Assembly: GCA_963774265.1 (NCBI GenBank)
Contig: CAVZDU010000001.1
Location: forward strand, 1,344,001 to 1,408,000
Length of the DNA stretch: 64,000 bases
From: an uncultured Chloroflexia bacterium
GTDB taxonomy: Bacteria > Chloroflexota > Anaerolineae > CG2-30-64-16
Direction of reading: 5' to 3'
Shown here: piece by piece, positions 51,155 to 60,312 of the stretch
How positions within the stretch are numbered: the stretch's first letter is position 1
Layout of the letters: every line of letters starts with the position of its first letter
Made by a program: the position numbers and the translations under genes
The notes under the pieces: model-generated
Database searches by the model: none
What the model was told of the DNA's origin: nothing
Seen by the model: the letters and a program-made list of their open reading frames with translations, nothing else

Positions 51155-53299
51155 TCAATCCCGTGTAATCGTGTAGCTGTAGGTGGCCTTTTCGGTCGTA
51201 ATTGGCGCCAGAGCGGTGACGATCATCATGACGTCCTGCAAGTCCTCCATATTGTCGATCCGCAGCTCACCCACACCGTCCGGGCCGACCGCCAGCCGTT
51301 CGACGGTGAGCGTACCACCGCCCAGCTCCAGCACCTGGACGAGCCAATCCTGTTTCACTGAGTTATCAATCAGGACCCAGCCATCCGCAGTCCAGTCACC
51401 CTCTCCCGCTTCGCCTTCATCTTGCCAGCTAATCTCCGGGATGCGAAGGTTGTCGATCAGCAGCCCTGGCTTGTTCACCGCGTCGTCGGTCACCATTTCG
51501 AAACGGAGGAGGATCTCTTTGCCCGCATAGTGCGACAGGTCCACCCGCTCTTCCACCCAACGGGCCTCATCACCGCCGCCGCTAATGCCGGTCCAGCCTG
51601 GTCCGAAGGCGTTGCCAACCGGGTCTTCATCGGTTGTATACTTGCCTTCAAGGATGTTCCAACGCTTGCCACCGTCGGTCGACACTTCAACATACGCATA
51701 ATCCCAGCCATCCTCGATCTCGAACCAGGCAGAGAATTCGAGGGACGCGGAGATGACAGTGCGGAGATCGACCGGCCGGGTCAAGGTCGAGTCGCTCACG
51801 TCTCCTCTGTTCGACCACCATGAGTACTCACCCTGAGGTGTTGCGTTCACGAGCGGAACCTGCTGCTGGCCTTCGAATCGAATCATGATGGGCTGACGGC
51901 CAGCGAGCCGGATGTAATCCGCGCCGTATTGGCTGACTTGTGCTTTCGCGGAGACGGGATAGCGGCGATATTCCTCTGAGATGGCCATGGGGAACAAGTC
52001 AATATCCGAGTAGCCGTAGCGGCCTTCATCATCGGCCTCGGGTGCATCCAGGTAGTTGGCAATCACCCAGTCAGCAAAGACATCCTCGAAACGCTCGGGG
52101 CGGCCGGCCTGTTGCAGGGCCTCGTCGTAGCCGGCAATGCCGTTCTTATCGGAAGCAACCACCGCCTTGGTCAGGTCCTCTCCGAACCGATCCAGGAAAT
52201 AAGCAGCGAACAAGTACGAAGCACCGTAGTGCTCCAAGACACTCTCCTCACTCGGATCGCCCCACGTTGTCAGCTGCGTATCGGGGCGCAGAGCGTACGA
52301 CATATCATGTCCGCCCGGGTCGAAGCCGTTCAGGTAGCTGGCCAGTTCCGATAGACCTTCGTTCACCCATGATGCCTCGTTGCGATCGTTGGCCCAGTGG
52401 ATCATGTGCTGAAATTCATGCGCCAGCGTGCCGTCATAATATGTGCTGTTTGGCTCCGCGTTGTCGGAATCTGCCGAGACGTAAAACATCTCTCGCTCAT
52501 TGGAATACTCGTTTACCTGCCTGGCGTATTCATCGGCTGATGAGTAATAGCCGGCGACGCTCTCGCCCAAACCGCGTGCATGGAGGATGTGCAGCCGGGG
52601 GTCGTTATCGACGCCAGGTTTCCACTCACTGCCAAAGAACTCGCGATTGGTCGGATACGTCTCTTTTGTAAATCGGTTGGCCGAGGCTTCGAGGTCGTTC
52701 TGGTTCAGCCGCACACCATCCTGAACCCACACTGCCAAGACGTCGGTGACGTACTTCAGCTCGGCGGTGATCTGCGTGTAGTCTCGAGTGTCTTGGTTTG
52801 AGATCCAGAACCGCTGTTTATCACCGACCTTGTACTGCGGGGCAGAGTCCGTCATGATTTCCGGGATGTTCCCTCCGTCAGGACTCAGCCGCATGGCCAG
52901 CAGCCTGCGATCGGCAGACGGCATCTCGCTCGCCTCGAGCATCGCGACCTCATCTAACGTAGACGCGTCGGGCGCGGCCGCCGGGGCTGTCGTAGGCGCT
53001 GCACTGCCCTCCGGAGTGGGGAGTAGGGTCGCTGCGGTGGGCGTTGGCTGGCTTGTGCTGTCACTCTGGGGCCGCTCGATTTCCGCGGGCGTCGGTGTGG
53101 CAGCAACGGGGGTGCGCATCCCTTGCGTTGTGGCGATGCGCGTCACGACTCGCGTGATCATCACAGTGGGCCGTCCGGACTGTCCGAATGGCGTCCTCAT
53201 CAGAAAGGCGCCGACCCCGCCCATAACAACGCAGGAGCAGCAAACGACAAGCGCTGCTACGATCAAGACGATCAGCAAGGTTCGGTTTGATTTCTGCAC
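51155..53299 (-). CDS. Membrane-anchored zinc metalloprotease (immune inhibitor A/M6-like C-terminal domain)
   Basis: N-terminal TM with CCSC, PT linker, LAHEFQHMIH, WVNEGLSE, IEDGWDYAYVEVSTDGG. Confidence 0.8.
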   Translation of the reverse strand: MQKSNRTLLIVLIVAALVVCCSCVVMGGVGAFLMRTPFGQSGRPTVMITRVVTRIATTQGMRTPVAATPTPAEIERPQSDSTSQPTPTAATLLPTPEGSAAPTTAPAAAPDASTLDEVAMLEASEMPSADRRLLAMRLSPDGGNIPEIMTDSAPQYKVGDKQRFWISNQDTRDYTQITAELKYVTDVLAVWVQDGVRLNQNDLEASANRFTKETYPTNREFFGSEWKPGVDNDPRLHILHARGLGESVAGYYSSADEYARQVNEYSNEREMFYVSADSDNAEPNSTYYDGTLAHEFQHMIHWANDRNEASWVNEGLSELASYLNGFDPGGHDMSYALRPDTQLTTWGDPSEESVLEHYGASYLFAAYFLDRFGEDLTKAVVASDKNGIAGYDEALQQAGRPERFEDVFADWVIANYLDAPEADDEGRYGYSDIDLFPMAISEEYRRYPVSAKAQVSQYGADYIRLAGRQPIMIRFEGQQQVPLVNATPQGEYSWWSNRGDVSDSTLTRPVDLRTVISASLEFSAWFEIEDGWDYAYVEVSTDGGKRWNILEGKYTTDEDPVGNAFGPGWTGISGGGDEARWVEERVDLSHYAGKEILLRFEMVTDDAVNKPGLLIDNLRIPEISWQDEGEAGEGDWTADGWVLIDNSVKQDWLVQVLELGGGTLTVERLAVGPDGVGELRIDNMEDLQDVMMIVTALAPITTEKATYSYTITRD

Positions 53300-53402
53300 G
53301 AGGGACTCACCTTTCGCCGGTCCGCAGGAGGGCCTGGGGGCCAGTCACTTTATTGAACAAGAAAAGTTTATCACATTACCGAGAGGAGCGCACAAGGCGC
53401 AC

Positions 53403-54131
53403 TCACGGCCAACAGGAGACTTCATTGGGAAGGACCCCTCCGGCGTTGCTGTGCACACCCTCAGGTGTCATATCCAGGAACATATTGCCGGTCGGCAAGT
53501 AGAAGAAGGTGTATGCGGCCAGACAGACGCGCATTCCCCCTTGACCGTCAGACCGCGGGCGCACATCCTGCAATCCTACCCGCAGCACGGGTGCTTTTGC
53601 ATCCTGATCGTACATGTAGACCTCGCGTTGGGCGTTGATTGCGATTCTCTGCGGATCCCCGCGCACCTTGGCCTGGGGCGGCGGCAAAAAAAGCGGGGAC
53701 AGGGCCAATGGCCCGACCGCGAGAACCAGCCCAAGGAGTGTCTGCACCAACAGCGCGTTGCGTCGCAACTCCCCGCACCGCACCAGGACGGCATGAACCA
53801 CCGCCGACCAACTGAGCGCCAGAACCAGGTACACGAGACTGTTGACCGCAAACCCGACGGGGGAGAACGTGGCGCTCTCACTATCAATGCGATAGGTAGC
53901 GATCGGCGCGCCGCGATGACCGACGCATAGAGCATCACACCCCGCCCGGTACGGCTCTACTACGAACACCTCGCCGGACCACCAACTGAGCAAGGGGGCG
54001 ACGATCAGGCAAATGGTAAGCACCAAGGGCCACTGGAACGTGTGTTGTCTCCACCAAATGGTGAGGAACACAGCCACGACGATCAGCCCCAGCCCCACAA
54101 GAACGCCTGCCCAGGCCGGCAGTAAGATCAT
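53403..54131 (-). CDS. Hypothetical membrane protein with Cys-containing loops
   Basis: About four TM segments; ATGA overlap with the upstream gene stop. Confidence 0.7.
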   Translation of the reverse strand: MILLPAWAGVLVGLGLIVVAVFLTIWWRQHTFQWPLVLTICLIVAPLLSWWSGEVFVVEPYRAGCDALCVGHRGAPIATYRIDSESATFSPVGFAVNSLVYLVLALSWSAVVHAVLVRCGELRRNALLVQTLLGLVLAVGPLALSPLFLPPPQAKVRGDPQRIAINAQREVYMYDQDAKAPVLRVGLQDVRPRSDGQGGMRVCLAAYTFFYLPTGNMFLDMTPEGVHSNAGGVLPNEVSCWP

Positions 54132-57100
54132 GGGAGACACCCCTGGATGATTTCATCTTTCGTGGGGAAGAAGGTGCGTGAATCGACCCCGTGGGCCCAG
54201 ATGGTCGGATAGCTTTGGACGCCCTCCACCTCCACCCACAAATACAACCTGTTGGCCGGATCGATGGCGCGGTCCACCGGCACGTCATTGAATTCCCATG
54301 AAGGATAAGTGATTGCTCCTGACTGGCGAGTCGTGGCGATAGCGGTTGTTGCCAGGGGACGAGCCACTTCAGCATTCCACGCGCCGTACAGCGTGAGGCC
54401 CGTCGGACGCCAGTTGCGCGGAACGGATAATCGAGTGCCGTGTTTGAAGATCGTCACCATGACATTCGCCAGGGTTGCTTCACTGACGCCTCGCTGGATG
54501 CCTGCTGTGTCGTGAGGCCAAACGATCTGAACGCGAGCGTCGACCGCATCGATGGCGCCGATGGCTAAACCACTGGGCACCAATTGCTCCGGGAAGTAGG
54601 TGCGCGCATCTACGGCATGCGCCCAGACGCTGGTGGCCGTGTCCACTCCATCCACCTGCACCAGAAAATACACTTTAGACGCGCCATCCCGGGCCTGCGA
54701 CACATCCACGTCATTCGCCTCCCAATAAGGGAAGGGCTGACCGTCCACAGTCCGTTGTTCGGCCTCATCGATGGGCAGCGCCGGCTCTGTGTTCACCGCG
54801 CGCCACAGGCGCACTTTGGGCCGCCAACCGCAATCCGGCGGCTGCAGGCTTTCGGGCATGAACAGTCGAATGCCCACATTGGCGAGCTGCGCCTGATCGA
54901 GCGGGGCAAAATCATGCGGCCACACGACCTCGATGCGCGCGTCTACGCCTGCGCGGGATCCCTGACCGCTGGGTATGCTGGTGGGGGAGCCGGGCGGTGT
55001 TTGGGTGGCGGCGGGCGTGGGACCTTCTGTGCCCAGCAGCCACACGCCGGCCGTCGCCGTCGTCATGAAGAGCCCACCGGGAACGGCATAGTTGACGGCC
55101 AACCCCAAGCCCAGGTTGTCGCCCACGCCGATGCCCGCGTTCTGCCAGCTATCCCCGTTATCGGTGCTGCGATACACGCCCCCGCCATCACGCGTCGCCC
55201 ACAACAGACCAGGTGATCGCCCATCTGAAACGAAGGCGATGATGTTGCTGCTTGCTGGCAATCCACTGCTGGCTGGCTGCCAGTTCTCTGTCGCGCTGCT
55301 CCAGCGCATGATCCCGTTTCCACTTACGCCGGCAAAGAGCGCCACCGGCGCGGTGTCATCTGCCTGGGCGGCGGATGCCGTGAGCCAGCGCACCTGTTGG
55401 CCGTCAAGCCCGAACGGCTGCCAGGAATTGCCGCCATCTCGGCTTTGAAGCACACCATTATTGGTTCCGGCCCAGATGCGCAGCTCATCATTTGGGTGAA
55501 CCGCCATCCCCTTCACATCCGTCGGCGGCTCGCCCTGCGCTGATACCACCTGCATGGGGACCCATGTCTCACCGCCGTCTTTGCTGTGCAGGCCGGGAAT
55601 GCCGTCGACGTAAATGTGTTCCGGTGCGGAGGGTGCGAAGGCGATCGCGGAGCGTTGTCCGGAGGTCAGCAATTCGGTTTTCCAGGTGGCGCCGCCGTCG
55701 TGCGTGGTGGAAATGTGCTCCCAACCCGCGAGGATGAAACCCTGGCTGTTGGCCGGGTCGCTGGCCCACGCGGTTGAGCGATCTGTGGGGATGCCGCCAT
55801 CGTTTGGGAGCCAGGATCGGCCCGTGTCCCTACTGATCAACAGAGCTGGGCCCGGCCGGCCTTGTTGGATCGGTGCGATGAACTGAGAAGGTTGGTCGGG
55901 ATGTGTGAGCAGGCCAGCCAGCGCGGCGTTGGCGGGAAGTCCAGTTCCCAGGGGACGCCACAGCGCGCCTGCATCGGTCGAGGCAAACAATCCGTAACCC
56001 GTGGCTGCCAACACGGTCGTAGCGTTGCCGGCGCCCTGCAGCGACGCGAACTCCATAACCGGCCCGGCGCTAAGTGCGCCTTCGAGTGGCTGCCAGGTGA
56101 GCCCCCGGTCAGCGCTTCGATAGGTCCCGCCGATCGTGCTGACCAGGAGGATGCCATCGCCCAGCGCGGCGGCTGCCCCGACGCCGGACCCCACGTCAGG
56201 CAGTCCACTGGCCCGCACTTGCGACCAGGTTTTGCCGCCGTCGCTGCTGCGTTGAACGGACCAGTCGGGCGTCCGAGCACCCAGCAGGGTGAGCGTCTGC
56301 GAGTCGCCTGGTTCGATCACCAGTTGGCTGCGTTCTCGACCTGCAGAGCAGACGCCGGACTCTGAATCACAGGCCCAGGTTTTGCCGCCGTCACCGGAGC
56401 GCAGCAAGTTCCCGTTGGTCGTTACGACGAAGAGCAGTTGCGCGTCCTGGGGATGTGCGACGAGCGTTGCCAAGTCACCGCCGGACCCGTCTGCGATCCG
56501 GGGCAATTCGATACTTGCCCAAGTAGCACCGTTGTCTGAGCTGCGGTAGACATAACTTAGGCCCGCTTCGGCCGCGCGCGCAGCCCCAACGACAAGCTCG
56601 CCCCGCGCGTCGCGCCGGATGATGCGGATGAGCAGGTCATCGCGATCGAGCCGCACCCGCTGCCAGGTGCGCCCCTGGTCGAAACTGCGCCACATCCCGG
56701 AGCGCGGTTCCATCTCATTCAAGCGCTCCAGTAGACCGACCCAAACAGACTCATCGCGGCTGTCGACAAAGAGCTCGGTGATGGCGCCCGGCGGCAGATC
56801 GTTCGTTGCGGGCAGCCAGGTGGCGCCCCCGTCAGTGCTGCGGTACAGCGCATCGGCGCTTGTAGGCGCCCCGGTGTCACGCCATTGGGTCTGATCCCCC
56901 TGGCGGTACAAAATCACGCTGCTCACAGCATAGACTGTCCGCCCATCTTTGCCGGCCGATAATTGCGTGATCACCCCACCGGGCGTGGCCAGCGACTGCC
57001 ACTTAGTCGGGATTTCCTGGGCATGGGTCGCGGGTGGGACGGTCAGAGACAGCATGACGAGGCACAGCAGCGGAGGAAGCAAGCGAAGTCGATGAGCCAT
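54128..57100 (-). CDS. Secreted BNR/Asp-box beta-propeller protein with duplicated C-terminal domain
   Basis: Signal peptide, more than ten SxDGGxTW Asp-boxes, PT linker, two VDAR..VWPHD...WAH.VD.RT.FP repeats. Confidence 0.82.
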   Translation of the reverse strand: MAHRLRLLPPLLCLVMLSLTVPPATHAQEIPTKWQSLATPGGVITQLSAGKDGRTVYAVSSVILYRQGDQTQWRDTGAPTSADALYRSTDGGATWLPATNDLPPGAITELFVDSRDESVWVGLLERLNEMEPRSGMWRSFDQGRTWQRVRLDRDDLLIRIIRRDARGELVVGAARAAEAGLSYVYRSSDNGATWASIELPRIADGSGGDLATLVAHPQDAQLLFVVTTNGNLLRSGDGGKTWACDSESGVCSAGRERSQLVIEPGDSQTLTLLGARTPDWSVQRSSDGGKTWSQVRASGLPDVGSGVGAAAALGDGILLVSTIGGTYRSADRGLTWQPLEGALSAGPVMEFASLQGAGNATTVLAATGYGLFASTDAGALWRPLGTGLPANAALAGLLTHPDQPSQFIAPIQQGRPGPALLISRDTGRSWLPNDGGIPTDRSTAWASDPANSQGFILAGWEHISTTHDGGATWKTELLTSGQRSAIAFAPSAPEHIYVDGIPGLHSKDGGETWVPMQVVSAQGEPPTDVKGMAVHPNDELRIWAGTNNGVLQSRDGGNSWQPFGLDGQQVRWLTASAAQADDTAPVALFAGVSGNGIMRWSSATENWQPASSGLPASSNIIAFVSDGRSPGLLWATRDGGGVYRSTDNGDSWQNAGIGVGDNLGLGLAVNYAVPGGLFMTTATAGVWLLGTEGPTPAATQTPPGSPTSIPSGQGSRAGVDARIEVVWPHDFAPLDQAQLANVGIRLFMPESLQPPDCGWRPKVRLWRAVNTEPALPIDEAEQRTVDGQPFPYWEANDVDVSQARDGASKVYFLVQVDGVDTATSVWAHAVDARTYFPEQLVPSGLAIGAIDAVDARVQIVWPHDTAGIQRGVSEATLANVMVTIFKHGTRLSVPRNWRPTGLTLYGAWNAEVARPLATTAIATTRQSGAITYPSWEFNDVPVDRAIDPANRLYLWVEVEGVQSYPTIWAHGVDSRTFFPTKDEIIQGCLP

Positions 57101-57289
57101 AAATTCTCCGGCAGAGCGATAACGGGCAGCCGACGCGTCCTGGAAGCATCAGGATGTCGAGAGGATTTTATCACAACTGAGGGATCAGTGCGAAGAGATT
57201 CCCCTCGTCTGCTTTTAAATGAAACGAGCGGCGCAATCCCCCTGGGAAGAAGCGCCGCCCTTGACTTACGAACTCACTGCCCTGCGGTC

Positions 57290-58078
57290 TTACTTGATCG
57301 CATACACTATCTGGATCTGCGTGGTGAAGGACACTTCACCTGGCTCGACCGGGGTGCCACCGCCACCTCCGCGACCTTCCGCTGCGGAGTACATGACCGC
57401 CGGCACATTGCCGATAACTTCGCTCACAGCGACCACGTCGCCAACGGTCACACCGGTCAGCTCAGCCAGACTTTCGGCCCGGGCACGGGCGTTTTTGACG
57501 GCGGCCTCGCGGGCCCGGACTTCGAGGGCGTCCGTATCATCCAACCCAAAGGTGATGCCCCAGACGTTGTTGGCGCCGGCCTTCACGGCCGCGTCCAGCA
57601 CCGCGCCGACCTGCTTCAGGTCCCGGATGGTGATCGTCACCATGTTGCTGACCCGGTAGAACCCGGCCGGTTGAGAGCTTTCAGTCTTTGTACCCTCGGG
57701 CGTGCCCGTTTGCGGGCGCTCGAAGTTGATCGAGAAGTTACTGGTCTGAATATCCTTGTCGGCAATGTCCAGTTTCTTCAGGGCCGCCAGGACGGCGTCC
57801 ATACGCGCCTGCGCGTCTTCCATCGCCGCGTCCACGGTTGGGGCTAATGCCTCAACTCCCACCGTGGTGGTCGCCAATTCGGGCTTAACCTTCACCTCAC
57901 CGCGGCCAACCACAGTGATAGTGCGGGTGGCGGCCTGCCCATTTGGCGACTGCGTTCCAGTCGGCGACTGCGTTGCAGTCTGCGCCTGCGCAGGCAAAAT
58001 ACCATTGCTCAGCACGAGCGCCGCAGCCAGCGCCACTACTCCCAATGCGGCCACAATACTCGTTCGACGAACTGACAT
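57290..58078 (-). CDS. SIMPL (DUF541) domain protein
   Basis: TITVVGRGEV.VKPE, DIQTSNFSI, AGAN.V.GI.F, A..RA..LA, PGE motifs; signal peptide. Confidence 0.88.
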   Translation of the reverse strand: MSVRRTSIVAALGVVALAAALVLSNGILPAQAQTATQSPTGTQSPNGQAATRTITVVGRGEVKVKPELATTTVGVEALAPTVDAAMEDAQARMDAVLAALKKLDIADKDIQTSNFSINFERPQTGTPEGTKTESSQPAGFYRVSNMVTITIRDLKQVGAVLDAAVKAGANNVWGITFGLDDTDALEVRAREAAVKNARARAESLAELTGVTVGDVVAVSEVIGNVPAVMYSAAEGRGGGGGTPVEPGEVSFTTQIQIVYAIK

Positions 58079-58178
58079 ACGGGAACCCTCCTCTTGGTGT
58101 GTATCATTAGTTGCTCTCCGGCCATGCCGGTCACCTAATACTGACGCCAATTTGTGGAGGATGGTTCCGCTTCATATG

Positions 58179-58694
58179 TCAATTAAACTGCGGCAGGCGC
58201 GTCTGAAGTTCGTCCGGTCCTCGCTGCACTTCCCACGGATAGACGATGAACCGGTCTGTCACGGCAGCGTAGTAGTCCGGACCGGCCTCGCGAAACAGGC
58301 TGCTACCCGGCTTGTAGTGTATTACGGCGGCCTCCGGTTTGCCGCCGGCCGCCAGCACGCGGCCTTTGACCGTCGTCAGTGTCCGCCCGTTGGCCCAGAT
58401 ATCGTCGACGACGAGAATGTGCTTGTCTCGCAGCAATCGATCCTCGGGGAACTGAAGGAATGTGGGCCAGGCCAGTCGCGACTGGCCGGCCTCGGGGAAC
58501 TGCACCGCGGCGGTCAAAATGTGATTTAATCCCAGTGCTTCCGCGATCATGCCGCCGGGGACGATGCCGCCCCGTGTGATCAACAAAAGTGCATCGTAGG
58601 GACCGCGCAGCTGAGGCAGTAAGTAGTCAATCAGCTTGTCGACCTCTTGCCAGGTCAGAAATTCAGGTGCGCTGGGCATTGTCGGACTCGTCAT
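58179..58694 (-). CDS. Type I phosphoribosyltransferase (Gpt-like)
   Basis: ITRGG, ILVVDDIWANGRT PRPP motif, PDYY...IVYPWE. Confidence 0.85.
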   Translation of the reverse strand: MTSPTMPSAPEFLTWQEVDKLIDYLLPQLRGPYDALLLITRGGIVPGGMIAEALGLNHILTAAVQFPEAGQSRLAWPTFLQFPEDRLLRDKHILVVDDIWANGRTLTTVKGRVLAAGGKPEAAVIHYKPGSSLFREAGPDYYAAVTDRFIVYPWEVQRGPDELQTRLPQFN

Positions 58695-59590
58695 GCCAAC
58701 TCCTTTAGGGCAATATGTAGCTGCGTTCGTTGTTCTTCGGTGAGTTCGATCTGTGGGGGGCGCACTGCAGTTGCGGGCAAACCGGCCAATTCAGCCAGCG
58801 CAGCCTTGGTTGACGGCTGGAGTGGGAACAAATCCAGCACATTCCGAGCCGCCGAAAGGCGCGCCTGCGCCTGTGATGCATCGCCACCATTCCAGATGGC
58901 TGCCTGGACCGCGGCCGCACGATCAGGAAATACATTGGCCCCCGCAGTAATCGAGCCTGCGCCGCCTGCTGCGCAGGCCTCGGCCACGCGGTGGTCGTTG
59001 CCGGCGAAGTAGGCGAGCTGCGGAAATGTCGAACGGAAATGAGTCAGTTGGGCGGGATCGCCCGTGGAATCTTTGATCCCGTAGATCAGCTCACGATGCG
59101 ATGCGAGTAGCAACTGGAGCAGGCCATCGCTGATCGGCACGCCCGTGGTCTGTGGAATGTGATATAACAACACCCGTCCGCCACGCGGAGCCGCGGCATC
59201 CAAGAGCCGCCGGTACCAACCGGCGACGCCCGTTTCTGCCGGCTTTTTGAAGTAGAACGGCGGCATGACCAGCACCGCGTCGGCTCCCACGTCGAAGGCA
59301 TGCCGGGTGAGGGTGATCGAGTCCGTCAGCGCAGCCGCGCCTGTCCCCACGATCACCGGCATCCCCAATCTCCTGGCGGCGGCCAGCGCGGCTTCGGCCA
59401 CCTGCAACCGTTCCGCCACGCTCAGCGATGCCGCCTCACCATTTGTCCCGCAAGGGACGATGCCTGTGCACCCATGCTCATGGATGTAGCTCACGTGCTC
59501 GGCAATCCAGGGTAAATCCACCTGGCCGTCTGAGAAACGGAACGGGGTCACGATTGGGGCGAACACTCCGCGCAATGGATTCACTCGCAC
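58691..59590 (-). CDS. Dihydrodipicolinate synthase family aldolase
   Basis: VTPF, GTNGE, PPFY, LYHIP, GIKDS. Confidence 0.85.
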   Translation of the reverse strand: MRVNPLRGVFAPIVTPFRFSDGQVDLPWIAEHVSYIHEHGCTGIVPCGTNGEAASLSVAERLQVAEAALAAARRLGMPVIVGTGAAALTDSITLTRHAFDVGADAVLVMPPFYFKKPAETGVAGWYRRLLDAAAPRGGRVLLYHIPQTTGVPISDGLLQLLLASHRELIYGIKDSTGDPAQLTHFRSTFPQLAYFAGNDHRVAEACAAGGAGSITAGANVFPDRAAAVQAAIWNGGDASQAQARLSAARNVLDLFPLQPSTKAALAELAGLPATAVRPPQIELTEEQRTQLHIALKELA

Positions 59591-59595
59591 TTCTC

Positions 59596-60252
59596 CTAAC
59601 TGAAGGGCTGCTCAAGCACAACACGGGCCGGCGCACCGTCACCGCCTTCGTAGCGGAGCGGCAGGCAGATGAGCCGGTAGCCGCCTGGCTTCACATCGGC
59701 AAGCATCAGATTCTCGATGATCACGATCTTGTTGGCAAGGAGCATGCGATGTACGGCGAAATCCTCTGAACCGAACGGATCCACAGAAGGTCCGTCGATC
59801 CCGACCAGGCGAATACGTTTTGCCAACAACCAACCACCCGCCATGGGATCCAGGGCAACGTAATTCTTGTCGAAGGGCAAGGCCTTTCCCCCCGTGGCCC
59901 GGTTCTCCGGTTTTGGCAACGAATTGTCTGTTCTGAGCAGCAATCGCTCGATGCCGGCAGGGATGGGGCAGCGGTCCAGTAGCTCTGCCGTGACCAGCCC
60001 AACGCTCCCAATATGAGCGACCCAAGTCGGACCGATGAGAATGTCCAGTGGGAGCTGATCCACCGTGGCGCCCCGGGTCATGAAGTGCGCGGGCGCATCG
60101 ACGTGAGTTCCTACATGACTGCTCATCCGAATCTCGGAGACAGTGGAGACTCCAGTCGACCGGTTTACCGTCACCGGTGTGTCGCCCGGCCATATGGGGA
60201 GTCGATCGGAAAACGGAAGCGTGATGTCCAGATAGGTAGCAGTGTTGGGCAT
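59596..60252 (-). CDS. Cyclase family protein (kynurenine formamidase-like)
   Basis: WPGD, HVGTHVDAPAH, VGIDGPS, IIENL, GDGAPAR. Confidence 0.9.
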   Translation of the reverse strand: MPNTATYLDITLPFSDRLPIWPGDTPVTVNRSTGVSTVSEIRMSSHVGTHVDAPAHFMTRGATVDQLPLDILIGPTWVAHIGSVGLVTAELLDRCPIPAGIERLLLRTDNSLPKPENRATGGKALPFDKNYVALDPMAGGWLLAKRIRLVGIDGPSVDPFGSEDFAVHRMLLANKIVIIENLMLADVKPGGYRLICLPLRYEGGDGAPARVVLEQPFS

Positions 60253-60258
60253 GAAGGG

Positions 60259-60287
60259 ATTTTACCATAGCACGTGCCCTGTACGAA
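60259..60287 (-). promoter_or_regulatory. sigma70 promoter of the cyclase gene (probably leaderless mRNA)
   Basis: TTCGTA-17 bp-TAAAAT with extended TG; the ATG lies 6 nt after the -10. Confidence 0.6.
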
Positions 60288-60312
60288 GATGACGTGGGCC
60301 GTGTGACTTCCT

